From Paludibacteraceae bacterium (GTDB lineage Bacteria; Actinomycetota; Coriobacteriia; Coriobacteriales; Atopobiaceae), in NCBI GenBank assembly GCA_963640745.1, contig CAVIBB010000001.1, forward strand, positions 13,155 to 77,154: DNA of 64,000 nucleotides, written 5' to 3'. Below the pieces are notes generated by a model. It had not been told where the DNA came from, made no database searches, and saw only the letters and a program-made list of their open reading frames with translations. A program made the position numbers and the translations under genes. Below, piece by piece: positions 1 through 9,478 of this stretch (its first letter is position 1; each line of letters opens with the position of its first letter).

Positions 1-947
1 GGCGTGGCTCCGCGATCCCTAATCGAGTCGACGTAGCGAGCCAAAAACGCCCGGAAGTCCTCGAGCGACGAATAACGCAGGGGGCGGGCGCAGGTGGCGT
101 CATTGGCGCCGAACTGCAGCACGACCACGTCCCCCGGGCGCACCTGGCCCAGGAGCAGGGCGAGCTTGCCCTCAGCAATAAAGGATCGCAGGCTTCGGGC
201 CGCCATCGCTGCGTTGCGGACGATCGGTCCCGCCGCGCCTTCGTAGCGAGTGGCGCCCTCGTAAGGAAACGCCCCATCGTGGCTGGCTGAGCACGGCTCG
301 CATCCCAGGTAGCGGGCAAGAAACTCGGCCCAGCCCGTCTGGGGCCGGACATCCACGGGATAGGTCTGCGCAAGCGAATCGGCCGCGACGAAGACGGTTC
401 TGCGCTCGCCGGGGATCCGTTCGGCAGTCTCGACCTCAAGCGAGAGGATCTCGACGGCAGCGGCACCCCCAGCAATGACGCGGGACGCATCGCTCACGCC
501 CACCCCCGACGGCACATCAAGCGCGGCGACGACGGTCAGGCGAAGGCCGCGCCTGGTGGGGGCAACGTCGAACTCAACCTTATGCGAGCCCTCATCCGGC
601 AGTTTGACCTTGGCAACAGGGGCATCATCCGCATAGACGACGACATCCCGGGACCCGCCCACGGCGGCAAGCCGTAACCGCACCCGGCAGTCGATTGACG
701 CCATCGGCACAAAGAGAAGCGTCCCCTCCAGGCGCTCGAAGGCGCCGACCGTCGCACGGGTTCCGTCGAGCGACGGGCACTCCTCAACGACGCGGCGCGT
801 CCTGAGCACCGTGCCGCCGCGAGGCCCGACCTCACGTTGGCACGGGACGAGCTTCTCGGCACGGTCGGTAAAGCGCCCGTCAAGCCAGGCGCAGTCGCCC
901 TCGTAGCTTCGGGAGAGAACCTCTATGTCTTCCAGGCGCATCTTCAT
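1..947 (-). CDS. SGNH/GDSL esterase, rhamnogalacturonan acetylesterase-like (CE12); runs off the window edge
   Basis: Not in the ORF track; translated by hand from ATG at 947, which overlaps the PL4 stop (TGATG). Reads MKMRLEDIEV...VFVAADSLAQTY...PQTGWAEFL...NAAMAARSLRSFIAEGKL...VVLQFGANDA, matching SGNH blocks I-III typical of RGAE. Confidence 0.8.
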   Translation of the reverse strand, partial: MKMRLEDIEVLSRSYEGDCAWLDGRFTDRAEKLVPCQREVGPRGGTVLRTRRVVEECPSLDGTRATVGAFERLEGTLLFVPMASIDCRVRLRLAAVGGSRDVVVYADDAPVAKVKLPDEGSHKVEFDVAPTRRGLRLTVVAALDVPSGVGVSDASRVIAGGAAAVEILSLEVETAERIPGERRTVFVAADSLAQTYPVDVRPQTGWAEFLARYLGCEPCSASHDGAFPYEGATRYEGAAGPIVRNAAMAARSLRSFIAEGKLALLLGQVRPGDVVVLQFGANDATCARPLRYSSLEDFRAFLARYVDSIRDRGAT

Positions 948-2641
948 CAGCCAAGAACCTCGAGCTTGATCATGTCGTACATAACGTAGCCATCGGTCGT
1001 AAAGACGATTTCATTCGTGTCGCCCAGCAACTCAGCGGGGACCTCGATCTCGAGCTTCTGTGGGGCGCCGCCGGTCACGCTCGAGCGATAGGCCGCGCGG
1101 TCGTTCTCGTAGAGCTCGTTTGCGACCTCAGAGCCGTTGAGCGCGACGCGGAACCGAACGTCCGCCTGCCCCGGGATCATCTGGGCGAGCGTCGTACCCG
1201 CGAGGCACACGGTGAGCAGGTATTTCTTAACCCGTTCGGCCGGCTTCGCAAACCTGATGCGCCAGGCTCCTTCGTAGCGCTGCAGGTAGTACCAGTCCTC
1301 GGGCGCATCGACGCCCACCTCATAGACGAGGTTCTTGGGCACGAGCCCCATCCACACGTAGTTGCGTTGCTGATCGCTGAACTTAAAGGGCACGGTCGTC
1401 CCCGTGCGGGTGCCGATGCTCCACACAAGCGGGCGAACCTGATTCTCGACCCGGAGCACGCCCACATCGAGGCACTGACCGCCGACGAGGTCAAACTCGC
1501 CCAAGTCGTAGTCCTCCGCGTCCGTCGTTTCGTTGAGGCGGGCACGCAGCCAATAATGGCCTGGTTGCATGCCTGCGAGCTCGAATGAGTCGCCGTCGGT
1601 CTGCGCGTAGTAGATGCGCCCCGCCTTCTGGTGAAAGACGTCACCGGGCGCATCAGAGGCGGTCACGGTCCAGCCGCGCGCATCCTCGACGGGGCACGCC
1701 AAGACGATCGAGCCAGCAAGCGACGCGTAAGCGCCGTCATAGAGCCCCGGCTCGTCGAGCCAGGCAACGGGCAGGGCGCCCTTCTCGGCCTCGGCATGCG
1801 CGAGGGCGTCGGACACCACATCGCCGCCGTGGTTGAAGTACATGCACCACGGGCCATAGAGCTTCTTCCAGCCGGCCTCGACCTCGAAGTCGCCCGTCCC
1901 AAAGTGCGCCCCGGTCATGTAGTTGAGGATGATGCTGTCGTAGTGGACAAGAAGCTCCTGCTTAAGGGGGCCGCCGGGGTAGGCGCTCTTATCCATTGGA
2001 ATGAACCAGGCGCCCCACTCATCGTCCGTGCGGCCGCCGGACCACTGGCCCCAGACATCGTTGTCCGCAAAGTAGCCGGCATAGTCGTACTTAGAGTAGA
2101 CGTCGGAATTCGAATAGCGGACCGCCTCGGGGAAGCGGAAGGTCTCGTCCTGGAGCTTCTCGCCGTGCTCCGCCATATACTCCGCGCGCGGCTGCAGGCC
2201 CTGACGCTTGGCGGTGTAGCCAGTGGTAAAGAGGGTCGAGTCGAAGCGGTAGACGGTCCTCAGCTCGTTGACCACGACGCCGGGCACGTCGGCCCAGGCG
2301 ACCACGTAGCCGTAGACCGCCGGCGCATCGCCGGCAACGACGAGGTGATAAGCGAGCTTAAGATCGCTCGCATCGTCGACGTAGGCGACGTGCGCGACCT
2401 CGGGGGTGTTGGAAAGAACCTCAAGGCGCGTGGGGACGAGGTTGCGGGTCTTCTGGTTGACGTGGTAATCGCAGTAGAAGCTGTGGTCGCGGTCGGGGTC
2501 GCCCGCGGCGCCCGAGAGATTGACAAGCAGTTCGCGGCCGTCAACAACGACGGAGGTCGCCTTGCCGTCAGCCCCGAAGCGCACGGAGATCCGGTCGTTG
2601 CCAAGTTCGCATGCCATATTGTCCGTGGTCAGCCAAGCCAT
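947..2641 (-). CDS. Rhamnogalacturonan endolyase, polysaccharide lyase family 4
   Basis: Motifs LQDETF, YSKYDYAGY, GGPLKQEL, HFGTG, WKKLYGPW, DWYYLQ and MYDMIKLE resemble PL4 (RhiE-like) enzymes. Start placed at MAWLTT after a GAGGA RBS. No signal peptide seen. Confidence 0.85.
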   Translation of the reverse strand: MAWLTTDNMACELGNDRISVRFGADGKATSVVVDGRELLVNLSGAAGDPDRDHSFYCDYHVNQKTRNLVPTRLEVLSNTPEVAHVAYVDDASDLKLAYHLVVAGDAPAVYGYVVAWADVPGVVVNELRTVYRFDSTLFTTGYTAKRQGLQPRAEYMAEHGEKLQDETFRFPEAVRYSNSDVYSKYDYAGYFADNDVWGQWSGGRTDDEWGAWFIPMDKSAYPGGPLKQELLVHYDSIILNYMTGAHFGTGDFEVEAGWKKLYGPWCMYFNHGGDVVSDALAHAEAEKGALPVAWLDEPGLYDGAYASLAGSIVLACPVEDARGWTVTASDAPGDVFHQKAGRIYYAQTDGDSFELAGMQPGHYWLRARLNETTDAEDYDLGEFDLVGGQCLDVGVLRVENQVRPLVWSIGTRTGTTVPFKFSDQQRNYVWMGLVPKNLVYEVGVDAPEDWYYLQRYEGAWRIRFAKPAERVKKYLLTVCLAGTTLAQMIPGQADVRFRVALNGSEVANELYENDRAAYRSSVTGGAPQKLEIEVPAELLGDTNEIVFTTDGYVMYDMIKLEVLG

Positions 2642-2750
2642 GATGCACATCCTCGTTTCGCGCTTGTGGTCGGTGTCAATCGATGGGTGCGGGACGGCCA
2701 AGGGAGGGGCCGTCCCGCCAAGGAAAGGGAGTGAGGGGGGTCGGGGAAAT

Positions 2751-4355
2751 TTAGTTCGCGGAGACCTCCGACTTGGAGCCGTCGCCGGACTCGAGCTTCT
2801 TGGAGAAGTTCACGATGCGGTTGTTGCCCCAGCACTTCTCGTAGGGGAAGCCGGTGAGCTCCTCGACGAGCTTCTTGGTCTCCGGGTCGACGTCAGCCTT
2901 GGAGCCGCCGTCGCGGAGACGGGCAATCTCGGCGGCGAGGACGACGCGGTTCTCCTCGTTGAGCTTCACGCGGAAGGTAAAGAAGATGCCGAGGGCGCAG
3001 AAGGCGATGGGTGCGAAGCAGAAGATGTTGGTGAGAAGGTCGATGACCTGCTGAGGCTGGGACTCGGCGCCCGAGACGAAGCCGCCGGCGGCCAGGACCG
3101 AGGTAATGACGATCTTCTCGATGGCCATAAAGATGTTGTCGATGGTCGAGTTGACGGAGGCGTACTGACCCTCGCGGCGCTTTCCGGTCAGAATCTCGTC
3201 GACATCGGGGATGAAGGAGTACGCGAAGTCGGTGGCGTTGACGACGCCGGTGATGCCGAAGTTCAGGGCAACGGCGAGAAGGACCCATGCGGTGATGGTT
3301 GCCGCCTGGCCGATCTGCTCGTGGACGTGGGCGAGGACGAACATGAGCAGGAAGACGACGCTGGCCTCGATGGCACCGACGCGGTAGGACTTGGAGCTGC
3401 CGATCTTGGAGTTCAGCCAGATGAAGAAGGCGACGAGCGCAATACCGATGGCGAACGAGATGCCGCTCTGAAGCGAGACCTGCGAGGACGTAAGGCCGAG
3501 GACGAAGACGAGGAAGTAGGTCAGGATGGCGCCACGGACGTTGCGGAACATGACCTCGGAAAGATACATGCCCAGGTAGGAACGGAACTCCTTGACGGCG
3601 AAGGTCGAAACGTAGTTCCACAGGAGCAGGGCGACGCGCTTGACGGGGCTCACGCCCTCATCCTCGGAGTTGGCGTCGGCCTCCTTGAAGTCGGTGGTCG
3701 GGTCGTAGGGGCGCTCCTGGATGGTCATGATGCCCGCGATGATGATGACGAGCATAAAGACGTCGTAAATAAGCGCGAGGTTAAAGTAGGTGGTCCAGTT
3801 CTTGTCGCCCCAGATGACGAAGAGCGCGGTGTTGATCGTGGCAAGCGCGATGGACGCGATGGCGGTGCTGATCTGGTTGATGCCGACGAGCTGGGCGCGC
3901 TGCGAGGAGTTGTCGCTCATCTCGGAGGGCAGGACGTACTGGACCGTGGAGTAGCCGCCGTTGAAGACCCAGTAAAGCAGGTTAGAAGCCGCGTAGACGG
4001 GCACGGGCAGGCCGGGGACGAACTGCAGGATCATAAAGATGAACTGGCCCGGCGCGGTGAGGAGCAGCGTGGCGCGACGACGGCCGAACTTGCGGCCGAG
4101 CGCGGTGCTGTACATACGGTCGGAAATGTAACCCCAGACAGGCGCCGTGAACGCGGCCACGATCGTGCCGATGGAGACGATCAGGCCTGCGACGCCGATG
4201 TTGATGTCGCAGAACGTCGTAAAGAAGAAAGCCTGCCAGGTAGCCAGCATCGTGTTGGCGATCGACCCCAGGCCGACCGTGCCGTAACCGAGCTTGGCGC
4301 GCAGCGGGAGCTTCTCGTTGAGCTTGGCTTCGGCAGTTGCTTTTGTACTAGCCAT
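2751..4355 (-). CDS. GPH/MFS family sugar (oligogalacturonide-type):cation symporter
   Basis: About 12 TM helices; GYISDR...FGRRR and IPDVDEILTGKRREG motifs. Confidence 0.9.
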   Translation of the reverse strand: MASTKATAEAKLNEKLPLRAKLGYGTVGLGSIANTMLATWQAFFFTTFCDINIGVAGLIVSIGTIVAAFTAPVWGYISDRMYSTALGRKFGRRRATLLLTAPGQFIFMILQFVPGLPVPVYAASNLLYWVFNGGYSTVQYVLPSEMSDNSSQRAQLVGINQISTAIASIALATINTALFVIWGDKNWTTYFNLALIYDVFMLVIIIAGIMTIQERPYDPTTDFKEADANSEDEGVSPVKRVALLLWNYVSTFAVKEFRSYLGMYLSEVMFRNVRGAILTYFLVFVLGLTSSQVSLQSGISFAIGIALVAFFIWLNSKIGSSKSYRVGAIEASVVFLLMFVLAHVHEQIGQAATITAWVLLAVALNFGITGVVNATDFAYSFIPDVDEILTGKRREGQYASVNSTIDNIFMAIEKIVITSVLAAGGFVSGAESQPQQVIDLLTNIFCFAPIAFCALGIFFTFRVKLNEENRVVLAAEIARLRDGGSKADVDPETKKLVEELTGFPYEKCWGNNRIVNFSKKLESGDGSKSEVSAN

Positions 4356-4421
4356 GTTCCACCTCTCCTAGTGATTGGCCGCCTGCGCGCCCTTGAGCGT
4401 AGCGCGTTGTGCGGGCCTTAC

Positions 4422-4533
4422 AAACCGGTTTACTTGCGTCGAGATACATAGTAGGAAGCGTGGCCGCGGCGCCGTTCACAGTTTCGCCAAAAGGCTGATG
4501 GGAGGCGCTGCTGGGAATGAAACCGGTTTCATT
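4422..4533. promoter_or_regulatory. Pair of LacI-family operators
   Basis: AAACCGGTTT at 4422-4431 and perfect 18-bp palindrome AATGAAACCGGTTTCATT at 4516-4533, upstream of transporter 1. Confidence 0.75.
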
Positions 4534-4691
4534 ATTCGTCTTCATTAGGAGCTGAATTTATCGATGCATCTACCTGCGATTTATTTAACTTAAGCAGAAG
4601 CGCATATTTCTCCCGTCACCATCGCCGTTCTCGAATCGAGCTGCGCAACCTACCGCTTACCGCCAAATTCCTACCGTCTGCCTCTTTACGA

Positions 4692-4722
4692 CAAGAAAAG
4701 AGCCGCCCGCAAGGACGGCTCT
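4692..4722 (-). terminator. Intrinsic terminator after transporter 2
   Basis: Minus strand AGAGCCGTCC-TTGC-GGGCGGCTCT followed by TTTCTT. Confidence 0.7.
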
Positions 4723-4771
4723 ATGAAGCGTTTCAATTTCTTTGCAGCGATGCCTTTGGGGCTTTCCTCCC

Positions 4772-6337
4772 CTACTCGGGCTTGTGCGAGTAGTTCATCA
4801 CGCGGTTGTTGCCCCAGCAGTGCTCATAGGAATACCCGGTCAGCTGCTCCACGAGCTCCTTCGTCTCGGGGTCGACGTCGGCCTTGGAGCCACCGTTGCG
4901 CAGTCGCTCGATCTCGGCCAGGAGCATCTGGTGAGTCTCGGGGTTGAGCTTCACGCGGGCGCTGAAGTAGATGCCCATGATCGCGAAGACGATCGGCAGG
5001 AAGCAGAAGATGTAGGTGAGGCCGTCGACGACCAGCTGAGGCTGCTCGGTCGCGCCGACGACAAAGCCCATGGACGACAGCACGCCCGTGATCACGATGG
5101 CCTCGAACGCCTTGAAGACGTTGTCGATGGTCGAGTTGATGGAGGCGTACTGGCCCTCGCGGCGCTTGCCGGTGAGCACCTCGTCCACGTCGGGGATGAA
5201 CGAGTACGCGAAGTCGCAGGCGTTGAACACGCCGGTGAGACCGAAGTTAAGCACGATGGAAAGAACGATCCAGGCGGTGATGGTGGCCTCGCGCCCGATC
5301 TGGTCATGGAGCTGCACCAGACCGAAAATGATCAGGAACGTGACGATGACCTGGACGGCGCTGAGGCGATACGCCTTGTAGGCGCCGATCTTCTGGTTGA
5401 CCCACATAAAGAGAACGACGTAGCCGATGCCGAAAGCGAAGCTCACGCCCTGCGAGACCGAGACGTCGGAGGACTGCAGGCCAAGGACGAACATGAGGAA
5501 GTACGTGAGGATGGCGAACCTGACCGAACGGAACAGAATCTGGGACAGGTACATGCCGAGGTAGTTGCGGAACTCGCGGACACTCCAGGCCGAGAAGTAG
5601 TTCCAGACCACGAGGGCAACACGCTTGAGCGCAGGGACCTTCTCGCCGTCCTTGTCGGAGTCGGCCTTGGTGAAGTCGGTCGTCTCGTCGTACGGGCGCT
5701 CGCGGATGGAGAGCACGGCAACCATGGTCATGAACGCAGTGATCACGGCGTAGATGACGGCCATGTTGGTGTAGGTCGACGCGATGCTGTCGCCCCACTG
5801 CTTGAACAGGTACGCGTTCAGAATCGAGAGCGAGATGGTCGCGACCGCCACGGTGATCTGGTTCAGGCCCGCGAGCTCGGCGCGCTGCTTGCTATCGCTC
5901 GTCATCTCGGACGGAAGCACGTACTGGATCGTCTGGAAGCCCGCGTTGATCGACCAGTACAGGAAGTTGCAGATCGCGTAGACCGCGAGCGGCAGCCCGG
6001 GGATGAACTGCACGATCATGAACGCAAAAAGGCCCGGGATAGTGAGCGCGAGGGTCACGCGACGGCGGCCGAACTTGCGCCCCAGGGACGTGCGGTACAT
6101 GCGGTCCGAGATGTAGCCCCACACAGGAGCCAGGAACGCGGCGAGAATGTCGCCGAGCGAGACGAGGACGCCGGCGACCGCGACGTCGATGCCGGCGAAC
6201 GTCGTGTAGAAAAACATCTGCCAGGTGGAGATCATCGTGAAGCCGATGCTTCCCAATCCGATGGTCCCGTACCCGATCTTGGCGCGCAGCGGGAGCTTAC
6301 CCGTTCCCGCGTCCGCCGTTGCCTGTGCGCTGGCCAT
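4772..6337 (-). CDS. GPH/MFS family sugar symporter, paralog of 2751..4355
   Basis: Collinear with transporter 1 (KLPLRAK.GYGT.GLGSI, FAYSFIPDVDE.LTGKRREGQYAS, CWGNNR). Start at MASAQ after a GAAGGGA RBS. Confidence 0.9.
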   Translation of the reverse strand: MASAQATADAGTGKLPLRAKIGYGTIGLGSIGFTMISTWQMFFYTTFAGIDVAVAGVLVSLGDILAAFLAPVWGYISDRMYRTSLGRKFGRRRVTLALTIPGLFAFMIVQFIPGLPLAVYAICNFLYWSINAGFQTIQYVLPSEMTSDSKQRAELAGLNQITVAVATISLSILNAYLFKQWGDSIASTYTNMAVIYAVITAFMTMVAVLSIRERPYDETTDFTKADSDKDGEKVPALKRVALVVWNYFSAWSVREFRNYLGMYLSQILFRSVRFAILTYFLMFVLGLQSSDVSVSQGVSFAFGIGYVVLFMWVNQKIGAYKAYRLSAVQVIVTFLIIFGLVQLHDQIGREATITAWIVLSIVLNFGLTGVFNACDFAYSFIPDVDEVLTGKRREGQYASINSTIDNVFKAFEAIVITGVLSSMGFVVGATEQPQLVVDGLTYIFCFLPIVFAIMGIYFSARVKLNPETHQMLLAEIERLRNGGSKADVDPETKELVEQLTGYSYEHCWGNNRVMNYSHKPE

Positions 6338-6380
6338 AGTGCTTCCCTTCTCTTTGCATTTCGCCTTCGGTTTCTGGTGC

Positions 6381-6492
6381 AAAACCGGTTGACCTTCACG
6401 GCACGAGGATAAAAACACGGCCGTTGGGAGCCCTCAGCAGATGCGCCCAACGACCGTATAGAGTCGATGTATGAAAATGAAACCGATTCCAT
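6381..6492. promoter_or_regulatory. Pair of LacI-family operators
   Basis: AAAACCGGTTGA at 6381 and ATGAAACCGATTCCAT at 6477-6492, upstream of transporter 2. Confidence 0.6.
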
Positions 6493-6526
6493 CCCCGCGA
6501 ACGGCGCCGGCGGCGCCCCGGACGGC

Positions 6527-7234
6527 TTACTGCTCGGACCCAAACGCAAAGAGTGTTCTGATCACAAGAAAGTCGTCGCCATTCGCTTCCGGGAAGTGAT
6601 CAAAGTGCGAGGCGGGATCGACGGCAAGCCAACGCTCGATCTCCCTCGAGGGGCCCTCCGCACCACTGATGCTTCTCTGCCCGCGGTCGCGCGGACGCTC
6701 GAAGTAGCTGAAGAGCACGTCGTCATGGATGCTGATGAACTGGTAACGGTCGCCGACGAAGGTCGCTTCCTCAACGATCGCCTGGTGGTGGCACACGTAC
6801 CCCATGAGCTTGTCGGGGTACAGCACCGCTATGCGCCCGCATCTCTCGTCGGGCGCCGGGTCGCGGCGGTAATAATCGAGGTCGCGCGGCTCGTCGAACC
6901 AGAACACCGGGTACATGTACGCCCAGTCCAGAGACCCGTGGATCGAGGGAAACGGGTCGGTCAATCCCTCGAGCCAACCCCACGCCTCGGGCGCCCGCCG
7001 TAGCGCAGCGAGATCAGGACGTGCGTCTGTCTCGCCAAGGTCGTCCCAGATGTGCTCCAGGTAGCAGAAGAACTGATCAGCCTGCCGATACATTCCCGCG
7101 GTTAGGAGCTCGCCCGCACGTATGCGTGCGGCGGCATCCGCGGCGGCGCGCTCCACCGCCCCCGCAAGCACAGCCTCCTCGACGTCCTTCTTTAGAACCG
7201 CGCGGTAAGACGCGCGTTCGATTCGCTTCGTCAT
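6527..7234 (-). CDS. Hypothetical protein with probable L-rhamnose-mutarotase-like domains
   Basis: C-half RCGRIAVLYPDKLMGYVCHHQAI...YQFISIHDDVLFSYFE resembles the RhaM pattern. Start overlaps the GH28 stop (ATGA). Confidence 0.5.
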   Translation of the reverse strand: MTKRIERASYRAVLKKDVEEAVLAGAVERAAADAAARIRAGELLTAGMYRQADQFFCYLEHIWDDLGETDARPDLAALRRAPEAWGWLEGLTDPFPSIHGSLDWAYMYPVFWFDEPRDLDYYRRDPAPDERCGRIAVLYPDKLMGYVCHHQAIVEEATFVGDRYQFISIHDDVLFSYFERPRDRGQRSISGAEGPSREIERWLAVDPASHFDHFPEANGDDFLVIRTLFAFGSEQ

Positions 7235-8631
7235 CGCTCCTCCAGGTTCAGGGTCACGTTTTTGCAGTCAACCTTCGTCGCAAGCGCATTACCCGCATAG
7301 GGGCCCTCACGGCGAACCAAGCCTCTTACCGACACATTGCGGGCCGAGCGCACGTAGGCCACCGGAATCTGGTGTTCGTAAACGCCGCGGGCGCTCGGCT
7401 GCTCGTCGAACAGCCCTGGCATCTGCGTCCCCTGCGAGCACTGAGTCAAGCGGAGGTTCTCTATGGACACGTCCTCGATGACAGCGTCCTTCTCTCCGGC
7501 GATAAACACGCAGCTCTCGGATGTCATGTCGATATTGTCGAACGTAATGTTGCGCACAATCCCCGGACGCGATGCAGACGGGTTCACGCGCGGGGTCGCC
7601 GAGATAAAGATCGGCTCGCCCTTGCCCCACCAGCGCGGGGCAAAGTCTCGCTGCGGACAATCGGCGTAGCGCAACGTGTTACCGCTCACGTGATGGATGT
7701 GGATGTCTTCCACGATTCCCCCGTCGCGTACCCAGATGCCAACCCCTCGGCTACAGTCGCGGAACACGCAGTCCGAGAGCATGACGCCCCTGATGCCGCG
7801 GGCAGTCTCGGTACCAATTTTCAGGGCCGAATCGTGAGAGCGGAGCACACAGCCCGAAATGACGACGTTCTCGCAAATGCCGTACTTGGCCGCCATGGGC
7901 GGCGTGTTCTTGACGACGATGGCGTCGTCGCCGGTCTCGACGATGCAGTTCGAGATCACCACATCCTTGCAGGTGTCGGGGTCGATTCCGTCGTTGTTGG
8001 CGCCGCGGACATCGTTGAGCACGCGAACACCGTCAACGATCACGCGACGGCAGCCGGCCATATGTAGAGTCCAGAACGCCGCATCGCGGAAGGTCACGTC
8101 CTTAACGGTCAGGTCCTCGATATCCTCGAAAAACGTCGTGCGCGGGCGCTCCCAAGCCGGCGTTCGGACGTTCTTCGGGCACTCGTGGTAGCCGCCGTCC
8201 GCGTCGTCGTCATAAAAGACCTTGTCACCTTGCCCGTAAATCGTGCCCGGCCCCTCGATGGTCACGTTGTGCGCATGGCGGGCAAAGAGGAAACAGCCGC
8301 CGTCCCAGCCCGCGTTCTCGGTCTCGTCCTCGAACTCGGCGGCAAAGTCGATGCCGTCCGCCGGATCGAGCGACGCCACGAGCCATGCACCGGGACCCAG
8401 GTGAAGCGCTACGTTGCTCTTGAGCACTAGCGAGCCGGAAAGAAATGCGCCGGCGGGGATAACGACGGTGCCGCCGCCCGCCGTCGCAGCGGCATCGATG
8501 GCCGCTTGGATGGCCTGGCGGTTGTTCGTCGGATGCCGCCCGGCCCGACCGACGTCCGCTGAGTCTTCCGCGCCGGGCAGAAGCACGGCGGCGTCGGGAA
8601 CCGCTCCGAAGGTCGTGATGTCATACTCCAT
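7231..8631 (-). CDS. Glycoside hydrolase family 28 (polygalacturonase/rhamnogalacturonase-like)
   Basis: NNDGIDPD, TGDDAIVVK, ALKIGTET and N-terminal AIQAAIDAA..GGGTVVIPAG motifs. Confidence 0.9.
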   Translation of the reverse strand: MEYDITTFGAVPDAAVLLPGAEDSADVGRAGRHPTNNRQAIQAAIDAAATAGGGTVVIPAGAFLSGSLVLKSNVALHLGPGAWLVASLDPADGIDFAAEFEDETENAGWDGGCFLFARHAHNVTIEGPGTIYGQGDKVFYDDDADGGYHECPKNVRTPAWERPRTTFFEDIEDLTVKDVTFRDAAFWTLHMAGCRRVIVDGVRVLNDVRGANNDGIDPDTCKDVVISNCIVETGDDAIVVKNTPPMAAKYGICENVVISGCVLRSHDSALKIGTETARGIRGVMLSDCVFRDCSRGVGIWVRDGGIVEDIHIHHVSGNTLRYADCPQRDFAPRWWGKGEPIFISATPRVNPSASRPGIVRNITFDNIDMTSESCVFIAGEKDAVIEDVSIENLRLTQCSQGTQMPGLFDEQPSARGVYEHQIPVAYVRSARNVSVRGLVRREGPYAGNALATKVDCKNVTLNLEER

Positions 8632-8725
8632 AGGTGCTCGCCTTTCTCTTTAACGTGGTCCCGTCATAGATGGCCGACGATTTGGAAGGCGATGATACTC
8701 ATTTCATGAGGAGTTATCAGAGTTA

Positions 8726-8760
8726 TTGAAACGCTTCAGCAATGCTTTATGAACCGGTTT
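8726..8760. promoter_or_regulatory. LacI-type operator(s) upstream of GH28
   Basis: GAACCGGTTT at 8751-8760 and TTGAAACGCTTCA at 8726-8738. Confidence 0.55.
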
Positions 8761-8911
8761 ACCTGCGAAGCCACGACTTCAGAAACGGCTAGACCGGTCA
8801 ACGTCAATCCGTATACGGACCCAAAACAGCACGTGAGCGGTTTGGAGCGCTCCGAACGCGGCGGAACCACCGGCGCGCCGTCGCGAAGGGTACGGTAGGT
8901 GCGGGGCCGGA

Positions 8912-9421
8912 CGCCCTGGAAGCTCGCCGCGCAGTAACGGGAGACCTCTCCGCGCCCCGAAACCTCACCGCGCAGCAACGACCTTCTCCCCCGCGCCCTG
9001 AAACCTCACCGCGCAGTAACGGGAGACCTCTCCGCGCCCTGAAACCTCACCGCGCAGTAACGGCCTTCTCCCCCGCGCCCTGAAACCTCACCGCGCAGTA
9101 ACGGAGCATTACTGCGCGACGCACTTCCAGGGCGGATGGAGCGCGAGGGTTGCTGCGCGGCGCGTTTCCAGGGCGGATGGAGCGCGAGGGTTGCTGCGCG
9201 GCGCGTTTCCAGGGCGGATGGAGCGCGAGGGTTGCTGCGCGGCGCGTTTCCAGGGCGGATGGAGCGCGAGGGTTGCTGCGCGGCGCGTTTCCAGGGCGGA
9301 TGGAGCGCGAGGGTTGCTGCGCGGCGCGTTTCCAGGGCGGATGGAGCGCGAGGGTTGCTGCGCGACGCGAATCTGGGGCGCTCAACGCAGGCTGGTTACT
9401 GCGCGGCGCAAGTCCGGGGCG
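8912..9421. repeat. 41-bp-period mirror array, family A (5 forward + 8 inverted cores of 27 bp)
   Basis: Cores like CGCCCTGAAACCTCACCGCGCAGTAAC at 8912, 8953, 8994, 9035, 9076; 5-bp gap; inverted cores at 9108, 9149, 9190, 9231, 9272, 9313, 9354, 9395. Confidence 0.95.
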
Positions 9422-9478
9422 CCCGGCCCGCAGCAACCGGCCCGCGACGCCCAAAGCGGCTTGAACGAAGTGAGCTCG

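Noticed and set aside
8912..9421. CRISPR array (also considered for 47761-48147 and 52348-52578)
   Set aside because: Linkers are only 14-18 bp and often repeated, cores are degenerate and invert mid-array, and no cas genes or AT-rich leader are present.
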